A DNA stretch of 63,944 bases, counting the filler, from Rhabdomonas costata (lineage: Eukaryota): the NCBI GenBank assembly GCA_019059605.1. It is 26 parts of 26 records of this genome, joined end to end, with 100 filler letters (N's around TTAATTAATTAA, not from the genome) between each part and the next. Parts side by side here need not be neighbours in the genome. Positions count along the whole stretch, not along the records: positions 9,862 to 12,228 come from JAHMHO010003789.1; positions 12,329 to 14,693 come from JAHMHO010003790.1; positions 14,794 to 17,158 come from JAHMHO010003791.1; positions 17,259 to 19,622 come from JAHMHO010003792.1; positions 19,723 to 22,086 come from JAHMHO010003793.1; positions 22,187 to 24,549 come from JAHMHO010003794.1; positions 24,650 to 27,013 come from JAHMHO010003795.1; 19 more parts are not named here. The stretch is one strand, 5' to 3'. Made by a program: the position numbers and the translations under genes. Below, piece by piece: positions 11,838-24,985 of the stretch. Each line of letters opens with the position of its first letter. The stretch's first letter is position 1. The notes under the pieces were generated by a model. The model did not search any database and was not told the origin of the DNA. It saw nothing but the letters and a program-made list of their open reading frames with translations.

Positions 11838-14433
11838 GCATGGACATCTCAGACGTCGATCAGAATGCTGCCGATGAGCACCAAGAATTGCTCGCAAGAA
11901 AAGTTCTTGAGGAAATAGCCACTGTTGGAACTGGGGCCGACGTTCCTCTAGATGAATACATGTATTGTTTAGTTAGCTTCAATAAAACAGATTTTATTTG
12001 TTAAAAATAATTTTTCAGGTACACTAACGCCTATCGACGAGCAGGACAGACACAATGATTCGACCGCATGAACGGTGAGGCTCGTTCGTATTGATCGACC
12101 GGCCCTTCTCCTACGCGGTTTTCCCACTGGAGTTTATTCCCGAAGAGCACTACATGGACGACGACTGGGAAACCGCCAAGGAGAATTTCCGGCTGTTCGC
12201 CACCCCCCGGGAGCGCTGCTGGGTGGGTNNNNNNNNNNNNNNNNNNNNNNNNNNNNNNNNNNNNNNNNNNNNTTAATTAATTAANNNNNNNNNNNNNNNN
12301 NNNNNNNNNNNNNNNNNNNNNNNNNNNNGGGTGGGTTGATTTTGACTTTTTCTTCGTGTCGCTCGCCTTTTCAGTCGGCGGTTAGTCGGGGTACTGTTGT
12401 ACCCGATGTTTTTCATATTGCCGTCCTTGTTTATATATATGAGGTATGTGGTACTTACTCGCTGGCGCCTCATGTGCGCGCGAAGGTCGGTTTCTCCCGT
12501 GGGTATAAGGGAAAGAGCTTCCGTTTTTCTGGCGCCATACTCAATGAAGCATGGAAAGAGTAACTCCCGTGAATGTGAATGCAAGTGAGAGTTGGGATGG
12601 TATTGCAACGTATTAGAGAGACAGCGAATTCTACTCGAGCGAGGGAGGGGGTGTTTTCCACATCTGCCGTTCAGTTTTGGGCTTTGTTTGGCCTTTCGTT
12701 GGCGGTATTTGGGGCGCATCCACACAACCTCCTTTGTCGTGCGCCCTGCTCATCCCTCATCCCGTCTTCTTCTGTCCACTCCTGTCTTTCTCATTCTAGT
12801 CCCCCAATTCCACCATCTCTTTCAGCAGTTGTCCATGTCTTCACGCGTGCGTGTGCCTGCGCGGCAGCATTTCATTTCTCTCGACTCACCATTTCTTTAA
12901 CAGCGGCTGTGTCAGGGAACACTGGACAGCTTCCCTGCCCTCTATTGATGGTTGGTGCAAAGCAGATTCCAAAAGATGACATCGGAGATGCGCTGCGCGC
13001 CTACTGTAGTGCGTTGATTCCCCCTTGCAGGTTTGGGTGTGGCGGAGGTCTGCAAAAGAACCTCCGCCGGCGTTTCTTGCCTTGATTATATGCACTGCGT
13101 TTTTGATGTGCAGTGTCCCACGCGCAGCCCATTTCGAGGCTTTTTTGCGGACACTGTGGGCGAAATGTCATTCAAGAAACTACCTGTCGTTGCGGGAGAA
13201 GTGGCTTTACCCTGGGTAGATCCCCAGGTTCCCCTTGGGTTCCCCACCTGCTGCTGCCCAAAGGGTAGCGGTTGTCTTCACCCCATCCACTGCTCTCTTT
13301 CGTCACCCTTTAAAAAATACTACTATAGTCCTATGATATAAACCCATCGCAAAAACATTCTTCACCAAGCATCGGTACCTCTTTATGCGCCGATTTTTCT
13401 GTTTCTTAGAACGTCGCATTCCTTTCCGTTACTGAGCTAAATCAGGGAACCGGATTGAGTGCGTCGTCCACCCCTTGTACAGCTAACCTCATCAGATGAC
13501 TGTGGTGAAATTGCTCGCCTCACATTGCTCCCTGTTAAGGACGGGGTAGGGAGTGCTTATTGCTCTGGCGATAGAACAAAATGACTTGGGAGTGGTGTGC
13601 CAGTGGAGTACCGACTGCTTCGGAGGGGGTTGGGGCGGCTCGGTGCCACTGTTGGACACCCTGTAGAGATGGTATGCCAGCTGCCGCCAGAGCTCCTTCG
13701 ATGTCAGCAACATAACTAATGTGCAATGGTCTAGGTCCCAGGCGTACCAGGTTGCGATATGAACTACTGTGCACGTTGAGGGGAAAGCCCAGGACTTTAA
13801 TACTCCATGGAAACCAGGAAAGTCTTCTGTGGTGAAAAGCTTCTGCTGCGTTAGCGATGACCTTACGATTCTCTAATCGGGCCGATGGTGGTGGGGCTCG
13901 GCTTTCTTTACTCCCTTCTCCCACAACGCCCTCCTCCCACATAGTCTGTGGGATTGATGGGGTCGACTGATGAGATACAGAACCAGGGGACTTGGGCAAA
14001 GAACGCCTTGCAACCTTACACCTTTTTCTTGACCAACTTCCATGCTTTATTTGGCATACCTACACTTATTCGCCCACGAGGCCGACTGGCAAGCACTGAA
14101 AACAACCACCCGCAATACACTCCATTAGTGATAAAAAAAGGATCAGAGTGGTCAGGGAGGTTCCAGCGCCATTGAAATTCCTTCACCGAAGGCATCTTGC
14201 TCAGAATGCCGCTTCTCCCAGTTCATAACACACACCCTGAACCGCTCAGACCAAGAAGCCACGGTGGCGGGAGAGAAGGCATATCCATATTCTCTGTGCA
14301 GCCGTTTTTCTGTAGGTGTTGGCGTGTTTTGCCGTCACTGCCTACCGCCTGTCTTTTTCTTTTATCACTTTCCATCACCATCACGCACGCCCCTACCCCT
14401 AATTCCTGCGAGTACCGAGTACCGTTCCAACCC

Positions 14434-14693
14434 ATGGACGTTGAGCTGGCAGGAGTACCTGGGGAGTTGGCCCCTTTGCCTCCTCCTTCCGGGCCCTCTC
14501 CCTCACCTTCGGTGCTGCCCCTCATGCCGGCCAAGGATCCCGTCGTCTGCCCCGATAAGTTTCCTGCCGTCCCTGCGAAAATCTCGGGGTCCTTGGACTC
14601 CCCGGCCTCTCCTCCAGGCCCCACGTTGCTAGGGATGACGCGGTACCAGTGGCTGGTGATGTTTGCGGCCTGGCTGGGCTGGGGCTTTGACCT
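14434..14693 (+). CDS. MFS transporter, N-terminus (3' partial)
   Basis: ATG at 14434 and a Pro-rich leader, then GMTRYQWLVMFAAWLGWGFD, a TM1 signature of bacterial-type MFS permeases. Truncated by the spacer. Confidence 0.75.
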
Positions 14694-14794
14694 NNNNNNN
14701 NNNNNNNNNNNNNNNNNNNNNNNNNNNNNNNNNNNNNTTAATTAATTAANNNNNNNNNNNNNNNNNNNNNNNNNNNNNNNNNNNNNNNNNNNNA

Positions 14795-16521
14795 CGGTCT
14801 CGAAGCTGCAGGCCACTTTGGAGAATCAGATTGGGAATCTGCAGCGGGAGGCGCGGGAAGCATCGGAGAAGGCTGGCATTGCGGAAAGCGCACTGCGCCA
14901 TGCGGAGAAAGAACTGGAACAGCTCCGCGGTGAGGTTAGCCGCAGTCAATCTGGGTTTTATGCGGTGCAGTTTCAGCGGGAAAGCCTACATGCTGAGAAT
15001 GCGCAGCTGAGCACTAAAATATCTGAACTTACCGACGAGCTTCAGCGTCGCGTTGAAGGACAGATGGAGCTGATAGAGCTGCGCCAGCGCTTCGCTGATT
15101 CGGAGCGTGACCTACGAGCGGCGGTTTCTGCCCGCGAGACAGCCACGACGGAGCTGGATTTCCTGCGGCGTTCTGGAGAATCCACAGCCCGAGCTCTGAG
15201 AGACTCTGTGTCTGAACTGGAGACACAGCTAGAGCAGTCGGAGGCCGAGAGCGAACGCAAAGCGAGGCTCCTTAAAGCTGTGGAGGACCAGGTTGGTCGT
15301 CTGCAGAAAGAAGTTCTTCTCCTCACGTCGCGGCTTCAACACTCAGCAGGAGAACCCGAGCTTTCACCTGACCTGCAAAAAGTTCTTTATGGTAATCGCT
15401 TGCGCGCAGTTGAGTGGCAGCGAGCGTTCATCTACAGTGGTGCTTTTCATCTTTCTCCATCACCACCATCAGTCCGCCTTGCACTCGTTTTACTTGGTTC
15501 TTTATGAGGAGTTTGTGCTTTCAATCTCACTCAAACCCCTAAGCATTTTCTTGGGTGCTTTTTTCAGGTGCATCGGTTTTTGTTTCTTGCCTGGCGCTCA
15601 GATTCCCAAGTTGCTGCAGATGTGATGCAGCGCCACGTGGAAGATTTCGAGGCTGACTTATGCTGGCGGCTGGATGAGCTTGTGCTGGCTTCTGCGAATC
15701 ACACTGCTCTACAAGGCCCGCCATCTCCGCTTTCCTCGCGAACACTGAAGACCCTTCTGGGTTTCCACGCCAGCGAGCTGGAAGAGCGTTTGCAGATCAT
15801 TGTCAGCTACTTGGTATGTTTCTTTCAGTCCGGTTGGTGATTAATGGTCCACAATGCATCCGTGTAAGTGCCATCTTTGTCCCCTTCAGGAAGCTTTGGA
15901 GGATCTTCGCCTGCTCTGCAAAAACGACAGTGCTCCGCCGCCTGTCATGGGCTTTGAGGTGTTCTCCCCCTCACCGCAACACCAAAGGGATGAGTGCACA
16001 CCGTTCAGTGTATGGGGTTTCCATAATCTCAGGATGACGCGGATGCACACTTTTTGAAGCAAGAGCAGAAAGGATTGGACTCCTTCCTCCATTTCGTTTT
16101 CTGCTGCCGCTCGTGCCTTCGCCGCCGCTTCTTACCCTGTGGGACGAAGGAATTCTATCATGTATCTGATGGATGGGTAGAATATGGTACGCCACATCTT
16201 TGTCATCGGCTTGGTCAGGTCAGCGCACCTTCCCAGCAGCCCGACATCGTGCAGGTGCATCATGTGGCCGGTGGGGGGCCTGCCGAGCTTGCCGGGCTTC
16301 GCGTTGGGGATGTGGTAACCCTAGTTGGGGTTAGCCGATGGGGCTCGGTGTCCTGCCTCTCGGATTTCCAACAGCTTCTGGCGCGGGTGGCCCCCCCAGA
16401 CAGGGTTGCGCTGCACGTTCTACGGGGCCATGAATACCTCGTGGTGGAGCTGGATCCCTTTCCCGCACTACAAGTCAGCACGTCAATGCACACGTCTTGC
16501 TTCTCCGAGGTTGCGCATTGA
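14795..16521 (+). CDS. Long coiled-coil protein with C-terminal PDZ domain, 5' partial, 4 exons
   Basis: Exons 14795-15391, 15620-15813, 15890-15958 and 16219-~16473/16521 are all GT-AG and phase-compatible. A heptad-rich E/L/Q/R region is followed by PPPVMGFE|VS...VHHVAGGGPAELAGLRVGDVV...VALHVLRG (PDZ). Confidence 0.82.
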
Positions 16522-17410
16522 ATGCCACAGCTGGGGCATCGTGCTTTGTGCTTGCCTGTCCAGGAACTCTTCATTTTTCATGGAACGAGAGAGCAATGGT
16601 TTTCCAGACGAAAAATAGTCGTTTCCAAAATTCATAAAAAACGGAACAAAAGGAAGTTAAGGAGAAATAATGGGAAGGTGCGTGTGCAGGGATGTGTGCA
16701 GTGATGAGCTCCGTCAATTCGCTCTTGAATGCACATCGAGGTCCCCCAAGGACATCTCCCCAGCAGATCAGGGGTGATTCACAAGACCCCAGAAGCTTAA
16801 GTTTTGAAAAATGTGCCGGCCTCCCCAACAGCACTGCGTGCCGTTGTAATTTGCTGCGAGACCTGCTGCGGATCCGTCTGCCTGTGCGGAGAAATACGTG
16901 CCTCTGCTTCTCTTCAGGGCTCGATGGAGTCTTCAGCACGGGCGCGGTCTCGGGGCACCGGAGGATACCGAGGGACCTCCCGCTCCCCACGGCGGGCCCC
17001 ACAAGTCCCCTCGGGTCCTTCCGATTACCCCACACCGAACTACCCGACTTCCCCCTCAGCGGTGATGCAGATCACTGGCACCCCGGTTCGGCCCACTTCG
17101 ATGATCTGCGACCAAGGTTCACCGGAAGCGACCGGAGCGGAGGCTGGACCACCACCACNNNNNNNNNNNNNNNNNNNNNNNNNNNNNNNNNNNNNNNNNN
17201 NNTTAATTAATTAANNNNNNNNNNNNNNNNNNNNNNNNNNNNNNNNNNNNNNNNNNNNGTGGTTGGGGCCGACGCCGTCGCTTTGCAGCCCCCTCGCCCC
17301 ATCAGGTTCCAGGGGCTTCCGCTTCTTAACCTCTCTCCTGCGAATCTTCTGCGAAACTCCCCCTATTGGAGTGAAAGTGTCGGCCCCAATCCTCACGAAT
17401 TTCACTTTAC

Positions 17411-19071
17411 CATGGTTCGGCCCAGCACGCTGAGCACGTCGTTCACGCGCAGGAAGTACAGCAGCTTCAGGAACGAGAAGATGAGGTTGACACTGTTCAG
17501 GTAGCACTGTGCACTGTACAGGTAGAGAATGTCCTCAAGCTCGCCGGGGTACCTGAGACCACACCCACACCCACACCAGAGCCGCTCCCTCGCCAGCCAT
17601 CTCAATCTTCTCGTCCTTCACTCCGTCCCTGGGTCCCTGGGAGTATAGCATGTTCTCTTTTCAATCTGGGTGCTGCGTGATTAACAAGCTCTGGGGTCAG
17701 TAGAGACGCCACCCGGACCCTGTCTTCCTTGCCTCGAGCCGCTGCCCCGCACCTTCTCTCGCCTCTCCACCATTCCTTGTGACGGCCTAGAAAGGACCCA
17801 AGCGACATGCCTTTACATGGGCTTAACACTCTAAATCGCTCGAATGGGCACCAAAAAAGGCTGTGCAGGCCACCACAGCAACCCACAACCACATCGCAAT
17901 TCCGAACAGCAGTGCAAGGAGCAAAACACACCTGTATTACCTCCAAATGATGGTGGTTCAATGGTGGTGGGGGGTCTTGTGATGTAGTGAATTTGTGTGA
18001 TGGGACAACTGATATACATGTAAAAAAAACTAGCCGATTGTTAAATACACAGGATCTTTGGTCCCAAAAGATCTTGCAATCATCTGCTTTTACCACTCAC
18101 TGTCCTGACCCCCTGCAAACTGAAGTTTTCGTCTTATTCGCAGCACATTGTTTTGTTCTGTGCCTCGGGGACCTGTGTTTTTTGTCCCTTCACCTCTGTT
18201 GCGAGAAAGCAAAAGTTTCTGACGGAAATGCTTCTATTTCAATGGTTACGTGGTTGGTTTTGGGTGAGAGGGGGTATCTGTGTTTGGAGAAGGAGGGGAA
18301 GCCAGCAACACACCTGCCCGGAAAAGGCAGCTGCATGGTGAGGCCGTTGGACTTGCCCCACCACGTCCACTGCAGAGCAAACACCACCACAAAAATGGAG
18401 AGGTTCAGCAGGTCCAGGAAGCTCCACAGCTCGAACGGGTAGCCCACCACCACGGAGAGCTTGAACGGGCGCAGACGGAACCGCTGCACCCATCCCCTGA
18501 TAAGCCCACACCCCAGCCACGATCCCAAACTCATTCACAAAACACTTCCCAAAAGCGGGCACGAGCAAACCGGGTACGAGGGATCACGAGGAAAGCGAGT
18601 AGGAGGAATGGAGGTGGCGGTCCTGATGGTGGGAGTGTGCATGTTACTCGGCACAAAACACGGCCGGCAGTTTGCCATCCTGCAATCCTTCTGTTGGAAT
18701 TCCAGAAAAGATGCATCGCCACCGGCGAGGGTCGGCACTCCATGTTCAACACAGCCTCACAAGAGCAGTGCAGTACACGCAGGGAGAGGGTCAGGGGGGC
18801 CGCCGTTATGTTCGAGGGCAGGGTGAGGTGAGCGATCAAAATGTAGCAAAGTAGTAAAAAGTAACCCCTCCCCCCACATCAGCGAAAGGGGGAAGTCGGA
18901 CGGAACCAGATCCATCTCTGGACGTAGTACACGACAAACGCCAGAAAGAAGAAGTCGTACACGGTCTGCCCCGTGAGGACGCTGGTGCGGGCCCGAAACA
19001 GGCGAATCTGCTGCCACGGGCGCCAGCACCCCGCGGCAGGGATCTCCACGAAGAGCTTCACACTAACAAAA
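17411..19071 (-). CDS. Polycystin-2 (PKD2/TRPP)-like cation channel, internal fragment, 3 exons
   Basis: Exons 19071-18907, 18496-18314 and 17552-17411 (GT-AG) give VKLFVEIPAAG.., FVVYYV.., WSFLDLLNL.. and LNSVNLIFSFLKLLYFLRVNDVLSVLGRTM, collinear with the PKD2 TOP-S2-S3-S4 region. Confidence 0.85.
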
Positions 19072-21422
19072 CTGCGATCACCACCGCCACCCCACCACCA
19101 CCAACATCGCCATTGATACATTTGCAAGTTCCGAACAAAATACAACAGATTTGCATATTTGCATATTTACATATTTGCGATGATCAGCTTCCACGTAGCC
19201 CACGTATTGAGTCCGACAAGGAAAAGGAACACGGGAAATTCGACTCTCTCTTCGTTTCTAGCGGAAAACACTGCAATGTTTCCCCTCACCATCAAGAACC
19301 TTCAACCTCACCAAAGAGTCTGCGACGGACAGCCTGAATGCAGAATTCAGAGGCTCACTCCTTGTGGATACTCGTGGGAGCCTCAGCCGGAAGGGAAATG
19401 CAGACAACACAGCCTGACAAAATGGGGCTTGGCACAACATGGGCCGGGGACCGCGAGCGAGAGCGCCACCTGTCCAGCGGAGGACTGTAGGCGAACAGCT
19501 CCCACGTGACGAACCGGGTGGTCAACATGCTCACAAAATCGTCTTGCTGTGAAAGCATGAGAGGCATTGCCCATAGAGTGTGAGTGGCAACCATTCCCGC
19601 ACCTTGGTGAATAACCCCACACNNNNNNNNNNNNNNNNNNNNNNNNNNNNNNNNNNNNNNNNNNNNTTAATTAATTAANNNNNNNNNNNNNNNNNNNNNN
19701 NNNNNNNNNNNNNNNNNNNNNNAATCATTCGTCACCGACAGCAGTCATATCTTTGTCCATGTTTCTCCAATGAAGGAACTTCATGTCTCCCAGCACATAT
19801 CGAGGTGTTGCCTGAGGCGGAAACCCCTGCAGGTGTATTGTCGTCCACCCAAGAATTCGTCCAAAACAAACAACATACATCAGTGCAAACCGATGCATCC
19901 GTTGCACCCTTCGGCATCCGCATGACTGGATCCCTGCGCACTTCCACCACTTAAAAATGCACGATCCCACATCTTGTCCTCGCCTTGAATGCTTGAGGTA
20001 ACCGCAACGCCGAAGGAACCTGATCTTTGCGGTGTGTAGGTTGACGTCTCCAGGTTCGGTAAGGCGACATCAAGCCAGCGAAGCGAGAAACACCGAGCTG
20101 AAATCAATAAGCCTCCTCACCCCTGCGACCTCTGTGGCGGGCTTCAGCAGAGAAGGATTGCCCTTCTTAGCTACCCACTGTTCTCATGTTCCGCCCACCT
20201 TCAACCATTTCTGCAGCTGCACAGCGTGCTTTAGGCAATGCGACACAGCAATCGATCTGCTGCAGAGACCGAGAACGCAGAGGCGTTGAAGTCTGAGGCT
20301 GCTGGAGATCCTCTACCTATTACGCCAAACCGAAAAAAAAATCAACTCAAAAAGAGTGCATAATGTACTTTGCAGCAAAAAGTTCACCATAGTGTGTGCA
20401 GCACCGATCGATGGTGCGTTACTGTCATGATTTCATCCGAATACAAAACACCAAAAAGCCACTAAGCTGCGTGGCACAACATGGAGCACCGCCACATGCG
20501 TGTTCTTTCCACTTCGATATGGTGTGCACACTCATTCCTCCACACCGGCATTCCGCAGGTTTTTGTTTGGAGGAAAGGGATGCGGATGGGCGAGTGGCGC
20601 TTGGGCAACAACAAAGCAAAAGAATCTGAAGTAAGAAATGTTGATTTCACAAAAAAAAAAAGGGGGGGGGGCCATTTGGCCATTTTTCCTGCCACCACAT
20701 CAGCAACGATGGCGAATCCTTGGGCTGAAGTATTGGCGATCGCTAAGAGGACACGACCCAAACGTTCCATTAGACGAGAAATCGAATGTCTTGCGCAGGC
20801 ATGGCGGCATGTCTGGTGTGCAAAGCCCCAGGTTTTTTCTTATCACGCACGGGTTTTGGAGGAACAACACCAGAAGTGTCAAATATATATTTGGAGGGGA
20901 GGCACCGAAGCAACAAGAAGTGTTCCAACAATGAAGCATGCTTCACATTAATGACATTGGTTTTCGATTGAAATCCATCGACATCCCACAAATTCTTCTT
21001 CTCTTGCTTCAGCAAACCACTAGCCAACCTCCAATATGGCATTGGATTGCGGGATGACAAATTGACAATATGTCAGAAGGCGTTCAGTGTCGCGCAACTG
21101 CAGAAGCGTATTCCGTTTTAGGTTCGACTGCAGGTTTTACCACTACCAACATCATGCCTTCTTCAAAACTCGTCGCTCGTCGATCCTTCGATCGACAAAA
21201 GGACTCCCTTTGAACTCAGCCCTCAAACGAGACCAAAGTACCACATCACAGATCATCCAAAATGAAGAAATCAGTCCCAATCTCTTCCCCAAATGAAAGA
21301 TGGGCACGTAAAGCCTAGCAGAATAAATACGCTCTCGACAAGGTTCAGTTGCCTTTTGAATCCAGATAAAGATTTGGCCATGTTGCTTCTCGAGAGCGCA
21401 TCTGGTGGAAGGCGACTCGGGC

Positions 21423-21842
21423 TCAGTAACCACGCCGATAATCTGCTCGTCCTCCGTACGCATCCATCTGATTCCTGTCGTCATATCCAGAAGCTCTCGA
21501 CTGAGCATATCGGTCCTCATAACCCGCAGCTGAGCTGAGATGAATGGGAACGAACAAGCCCCCCACACACACAAACACTCTGAATTGGATGTAAAGGTAA
21601 ACACCGGTTCTCTCACACACACGGAGAAAGGGAAATATTTCAACCTGTATGCAGTGCCTCTTTCGTAGCCGCGTTCAGCATAGTACCCACCATATGAGCC
21701 CCCGGTGCCCCCTCCACGGGTGCCAGGATATTCTTCCGTCCTTTCGTAGGAGCGGTCGGAATACTGGACGGCGTTTCTTTCTGGGTAACCGCCTCTGCTA
21801 TAGGTGTAGGCCGCGCTGCGCCCACCCTCTGGGGTAACATCA
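21423..21842 (-). CDS. Y/G/R/D-rich low-complexity C-terminus of unknown (possibly RNA-binding) protein, 2 exons
   Basis: Exons 21842-21645 and 21534-21423 join in phase across GT-AG: ...SRGGYPER...GGSYGGYYAERGY...GYDDR...RRGY*. Confidence 0.55.
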
Positions 21843-22565
21843 CTGAACCAAAAAAACCATTCGACAGGAAAGGCAGCATAAATATACCAGAAGCCTGAAC
21901 AAATGCCCATCAACACTGGGCAGAGGAAAAAACGATGAACAATAATTTCTCAATTCGACCAAAATGGAATGAAAAATAAAACGGGGTTCGCAAAGCTTTT
22001 ACCAATGCATCTATCCAAACTCAACATTCCGCAAGAAAACAAACAATTTAATATAACTACGCACACATCCGAAAGCAAAAAAACACNNNNNNNNNNNNNN
22101 NNNNNNNNNNNNNNNNNNNNNNNNNNNNNNTTAATTAATTAANNNNNNNNNNNNNNNNNNNNNNNNNNNNNNNNNNNNNNNNNNNNGGTTCAGGTAAGGA
22201 GAGAGATGAGAGAGAGGAATTGATGTGGTAAAGGAAATATTGAAAGACTATCTGTTGAGAAAACACGGTGATGCAGAAACTGCAGGTGTATCACTGATAT
22301 ACAGAAAGCATGCTGCGCTCTGGGTCGATAAGCGTTTACATATCTGTTTTACGCAAGTATCACTAAGCAATTCAGAAGGCAGGATATTCAATGTTCAGGG
22401 ATGGATCGAAAACGTGCACTGCTCCAACCCTCCTTTTTCGCGCCCGCTATCTGGATTCTTTTCCTAGTATTCGAGTGGCGGAAATTTTCCGAATGTCAAG
22501 GATTTCAAGGGTGCACTCGAGCTCCCCCGAAGGGTGCCTCCGTTTGGCCTTACTGTCGATCACAG

Positions 22566-24129
22566 GCGGACTACACCAGCCCTGCTCTGGCCACCTTGCG
22601 GACCCTGACCGTGAGCTGTGTGCGGGGCGATGACCTGGTGCCCCGGTTCTGCTTTCGCAGCCTAATGCGGTGGAAGGACCGGATTATCCGCGCCGTGGGG
22701 TACTGCCGGCAGCCCAAGTGGAGGGTGGTGCTTGAGCTGGTGTACCGCCGTCTGTGGCTCCGGAGTGGGCCCCGTGACGCTGCCCGGGCGCAGCGGATGC
22801 GCGCCTCGCGAGAGAAGCAGGTGTGGCCCTTCCTGCTCAAGGACGATGCAGGAGGTAACCTGAGCGGCGGCATCCCCATGGGACAGGACCCATCTCTGGG
22901 ATGCGGCAACCCCTTGGACCAGAATTGGCTGTCTTCAGGATGGGCTCAACTTTCAGGCAACTTCCGTGTTGGCAATGCCCTGGGGCCTACAGGGCTGTGG
23001 GGGTGGTTGCCCCAGCTGCCAAGCCCGTTGCCGTGCGGTAGGGTCTCATGGGGTGTTCAAGAGGGGTTTCTTGCCCCGGGGAACATCGCTTTGTATGGTG
23101 GAGGGCCAGGGATGGTTCAACTTGGATCCTGCGGGAGCAATGCCTCCAGGGGCTCGGGGCCCACGGACGCCGACGAGGACCTGCCGCAGACCCCGCAGAG
23201 CGTAGTGCAGGCCTGGCGGGCGTTTACTCGACGAGCGTCGCCCCGCGTGCGGGAGGGTGAAGCTCACGCGGAACAAGGTGCGTGTATGTTTGGAGGAGAG
23301 GGGGGGGGGGTGCGCTTTAAAATTGCCAATCGGGGGACCTAGTTGTCCGCGCTGCTCGTGGCCTTCGCAATCCAATGCAAACAAAACTGACATGCCCTGC
23401 GCATGAGCAACCTTCACCCGAACAACTGTAGGAGGGAAAAGGAGGGGGGCAATGAAGATGAGATGTTAATCTCATTGGTGTCAGAGCGAAGGTGACATCT
23501 CTCACAATAGAGAGACCTTCGCTCCGATAAGCGATGACACTGAGGGCATACCTTTCTCTGCTTTCTTTCAGAAGGTTATCATTTGCCTCCTCTCCTGCCC
23601 CCCCCCCTCCCGCACTCTTCAGATGGAATCATCATTGATCGCTCACAAAACCGTTTTCAACATGCCATTTCATTTGTTTCGTATGCAGACCCTTTTGGGG
23701 TTTTCTGACTTTGGATCCCTTGTCCATTATCGCCCTCCCATCGGCGCTGTCTGCCTGTCTACGTATTTTACCTTGCTCCCACTCGCTGGATGCCGTCGGT
23801 TTATCTCTTTTTTTTCTTGTCTATTCGTGGTGATAATTGGACAATTGGACTTATCACACCGGTGAGAATGGAAATGTCTGATGCCCGCAGTGCAGAGAAT
23901 CTTTTTGCCCCCCTTTTCTCCCCTCTGTTTTCTTTTTTTTTTTTGTTTATGCATTTTAAGTTTTTGTCTTCTGTACCTCGCAGCGGTGACTCATCCTGAG
24001 GAACTCCCAGAGATGACCCACCCCGGGCCGGTGGTTCACCCAGTGCGGCGGAAGGAGGCACCCTGGGGAAGGTGCCCGCACTGTGAACGGCCTTATGTCA
24101 TCTTCGACGCCGTCTGGAAAAGCCCCCAG
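22566..24129 (+). CDS. Lipase class 3, sn1-diacylglycerol-lipase (DAGL)-like, C-terminal fragment, 2 exons
   Basis: Exons 22566-23277 and 23984-24129 give VSCVRGDDLVPRF (catalytic Asp region), then CRQPKWRVV, EMTHPGPVVH and FDAVWKS, collinear with DAGL (V..G.DLVPR; PKWRI; LYPPGRIIH). Confidence 0.78.
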
Positions 24130-24457
24130 GTACTCACATGGTGTTCATGCTGCTAGCTCCTTGCCTTGTGTTCCAACCGAGATCCGCTCTTCCGCACAAA
24201 GACGTCCTCCTGCTTGTTAAGAACCGTATGCGTTTTGGTTCACCCGACTCACAGTAACTAAGGGTGGGGGGTGCGACGCACGCCCCAAAGCTGATGTGAA
24301 AAAGATTGAGAAGTGCCAGTCACCCAAAGCAAAAAAGGCCCTCCAGTAAATGAATTGAATTGTTAACTTTCTCCGCTGGGGGAAAGTTTGGATCACGAAA
24401 GGACGGCCATCTCACGCTGCACGCTGCGAGTGTCACGTGTGCTGGGCTACTGGGGCC

Positions 24458-24545
24458 GTGTACCAGGCCCGCTGGACCATAAGATACCAGGATACCCCCA
24501 TACGCGGAACCCCTGAAGTCCCATGGCCCAGCGGGCCTGGTACAC
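24458..24545. repeat. 23-bp inverted repeat, 42-nt loop
   Basis: GTGTACCAGGCCCGCTGGACCAT (24458-24480) pairs with ATGGCCCAGCGGGCCTGGTACAC (24523-24545) with one mismatch. Confidence 0.85.
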
Positions 24546-24680
24546 CCCCNNNNNNNNNNNNNNNNNNNNNNNNNNNNNNNNNNNNNNNNNNNNTTAATTA
24601 ATTAANNNNNNNNNNNNNNNNNNNNNNNNNNNNNNNNNNNNNNNNNNNNGTTTTGGTGTGCTTCGTCTCTACTGCTTCTG

Positions 24681-24916
24681 TGCGTGTCCTCCCCGTGCGT
24701 TTCTGTGGTGAACCTTGGTATTTCTTGCCGCCAGAGCCTTGGCGCGAGACCTGCGGCGTCACTCCCGCCTTTTTTAGCCACAGCCAAGCTCCCATTTTCT
24801 GCACTTCCCTGCGCCTCCGGACTTCTGTTTTCTTCGTTTTCCAGCGCCTCCACTAGAAGCCTCTCTCTCTTAGATCCGGGCATTTTGTGCTTCTGTCCTT
24901 CTTCTGTGCTTCTGCT
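24681..24916. repeat. Dispersed repeat family member, copy 1
   Basis: Collinear shared blocks with 32112-32323 on another contig: CTCCCCGTGCGTT, GCCTTGrCGCGAGA, CTTCCCTGmGCCTCCG, CTAGAAGCCTC, TTTTGTGCTTCTGT. Confidence 0.85.
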
Positions 24917-24985
24917 TTTGAACATGAACCTTGTACTTCTGTGTTCCCATTTTAACGGTTCCATTTTAGCGGAGATGTGCCAGAT

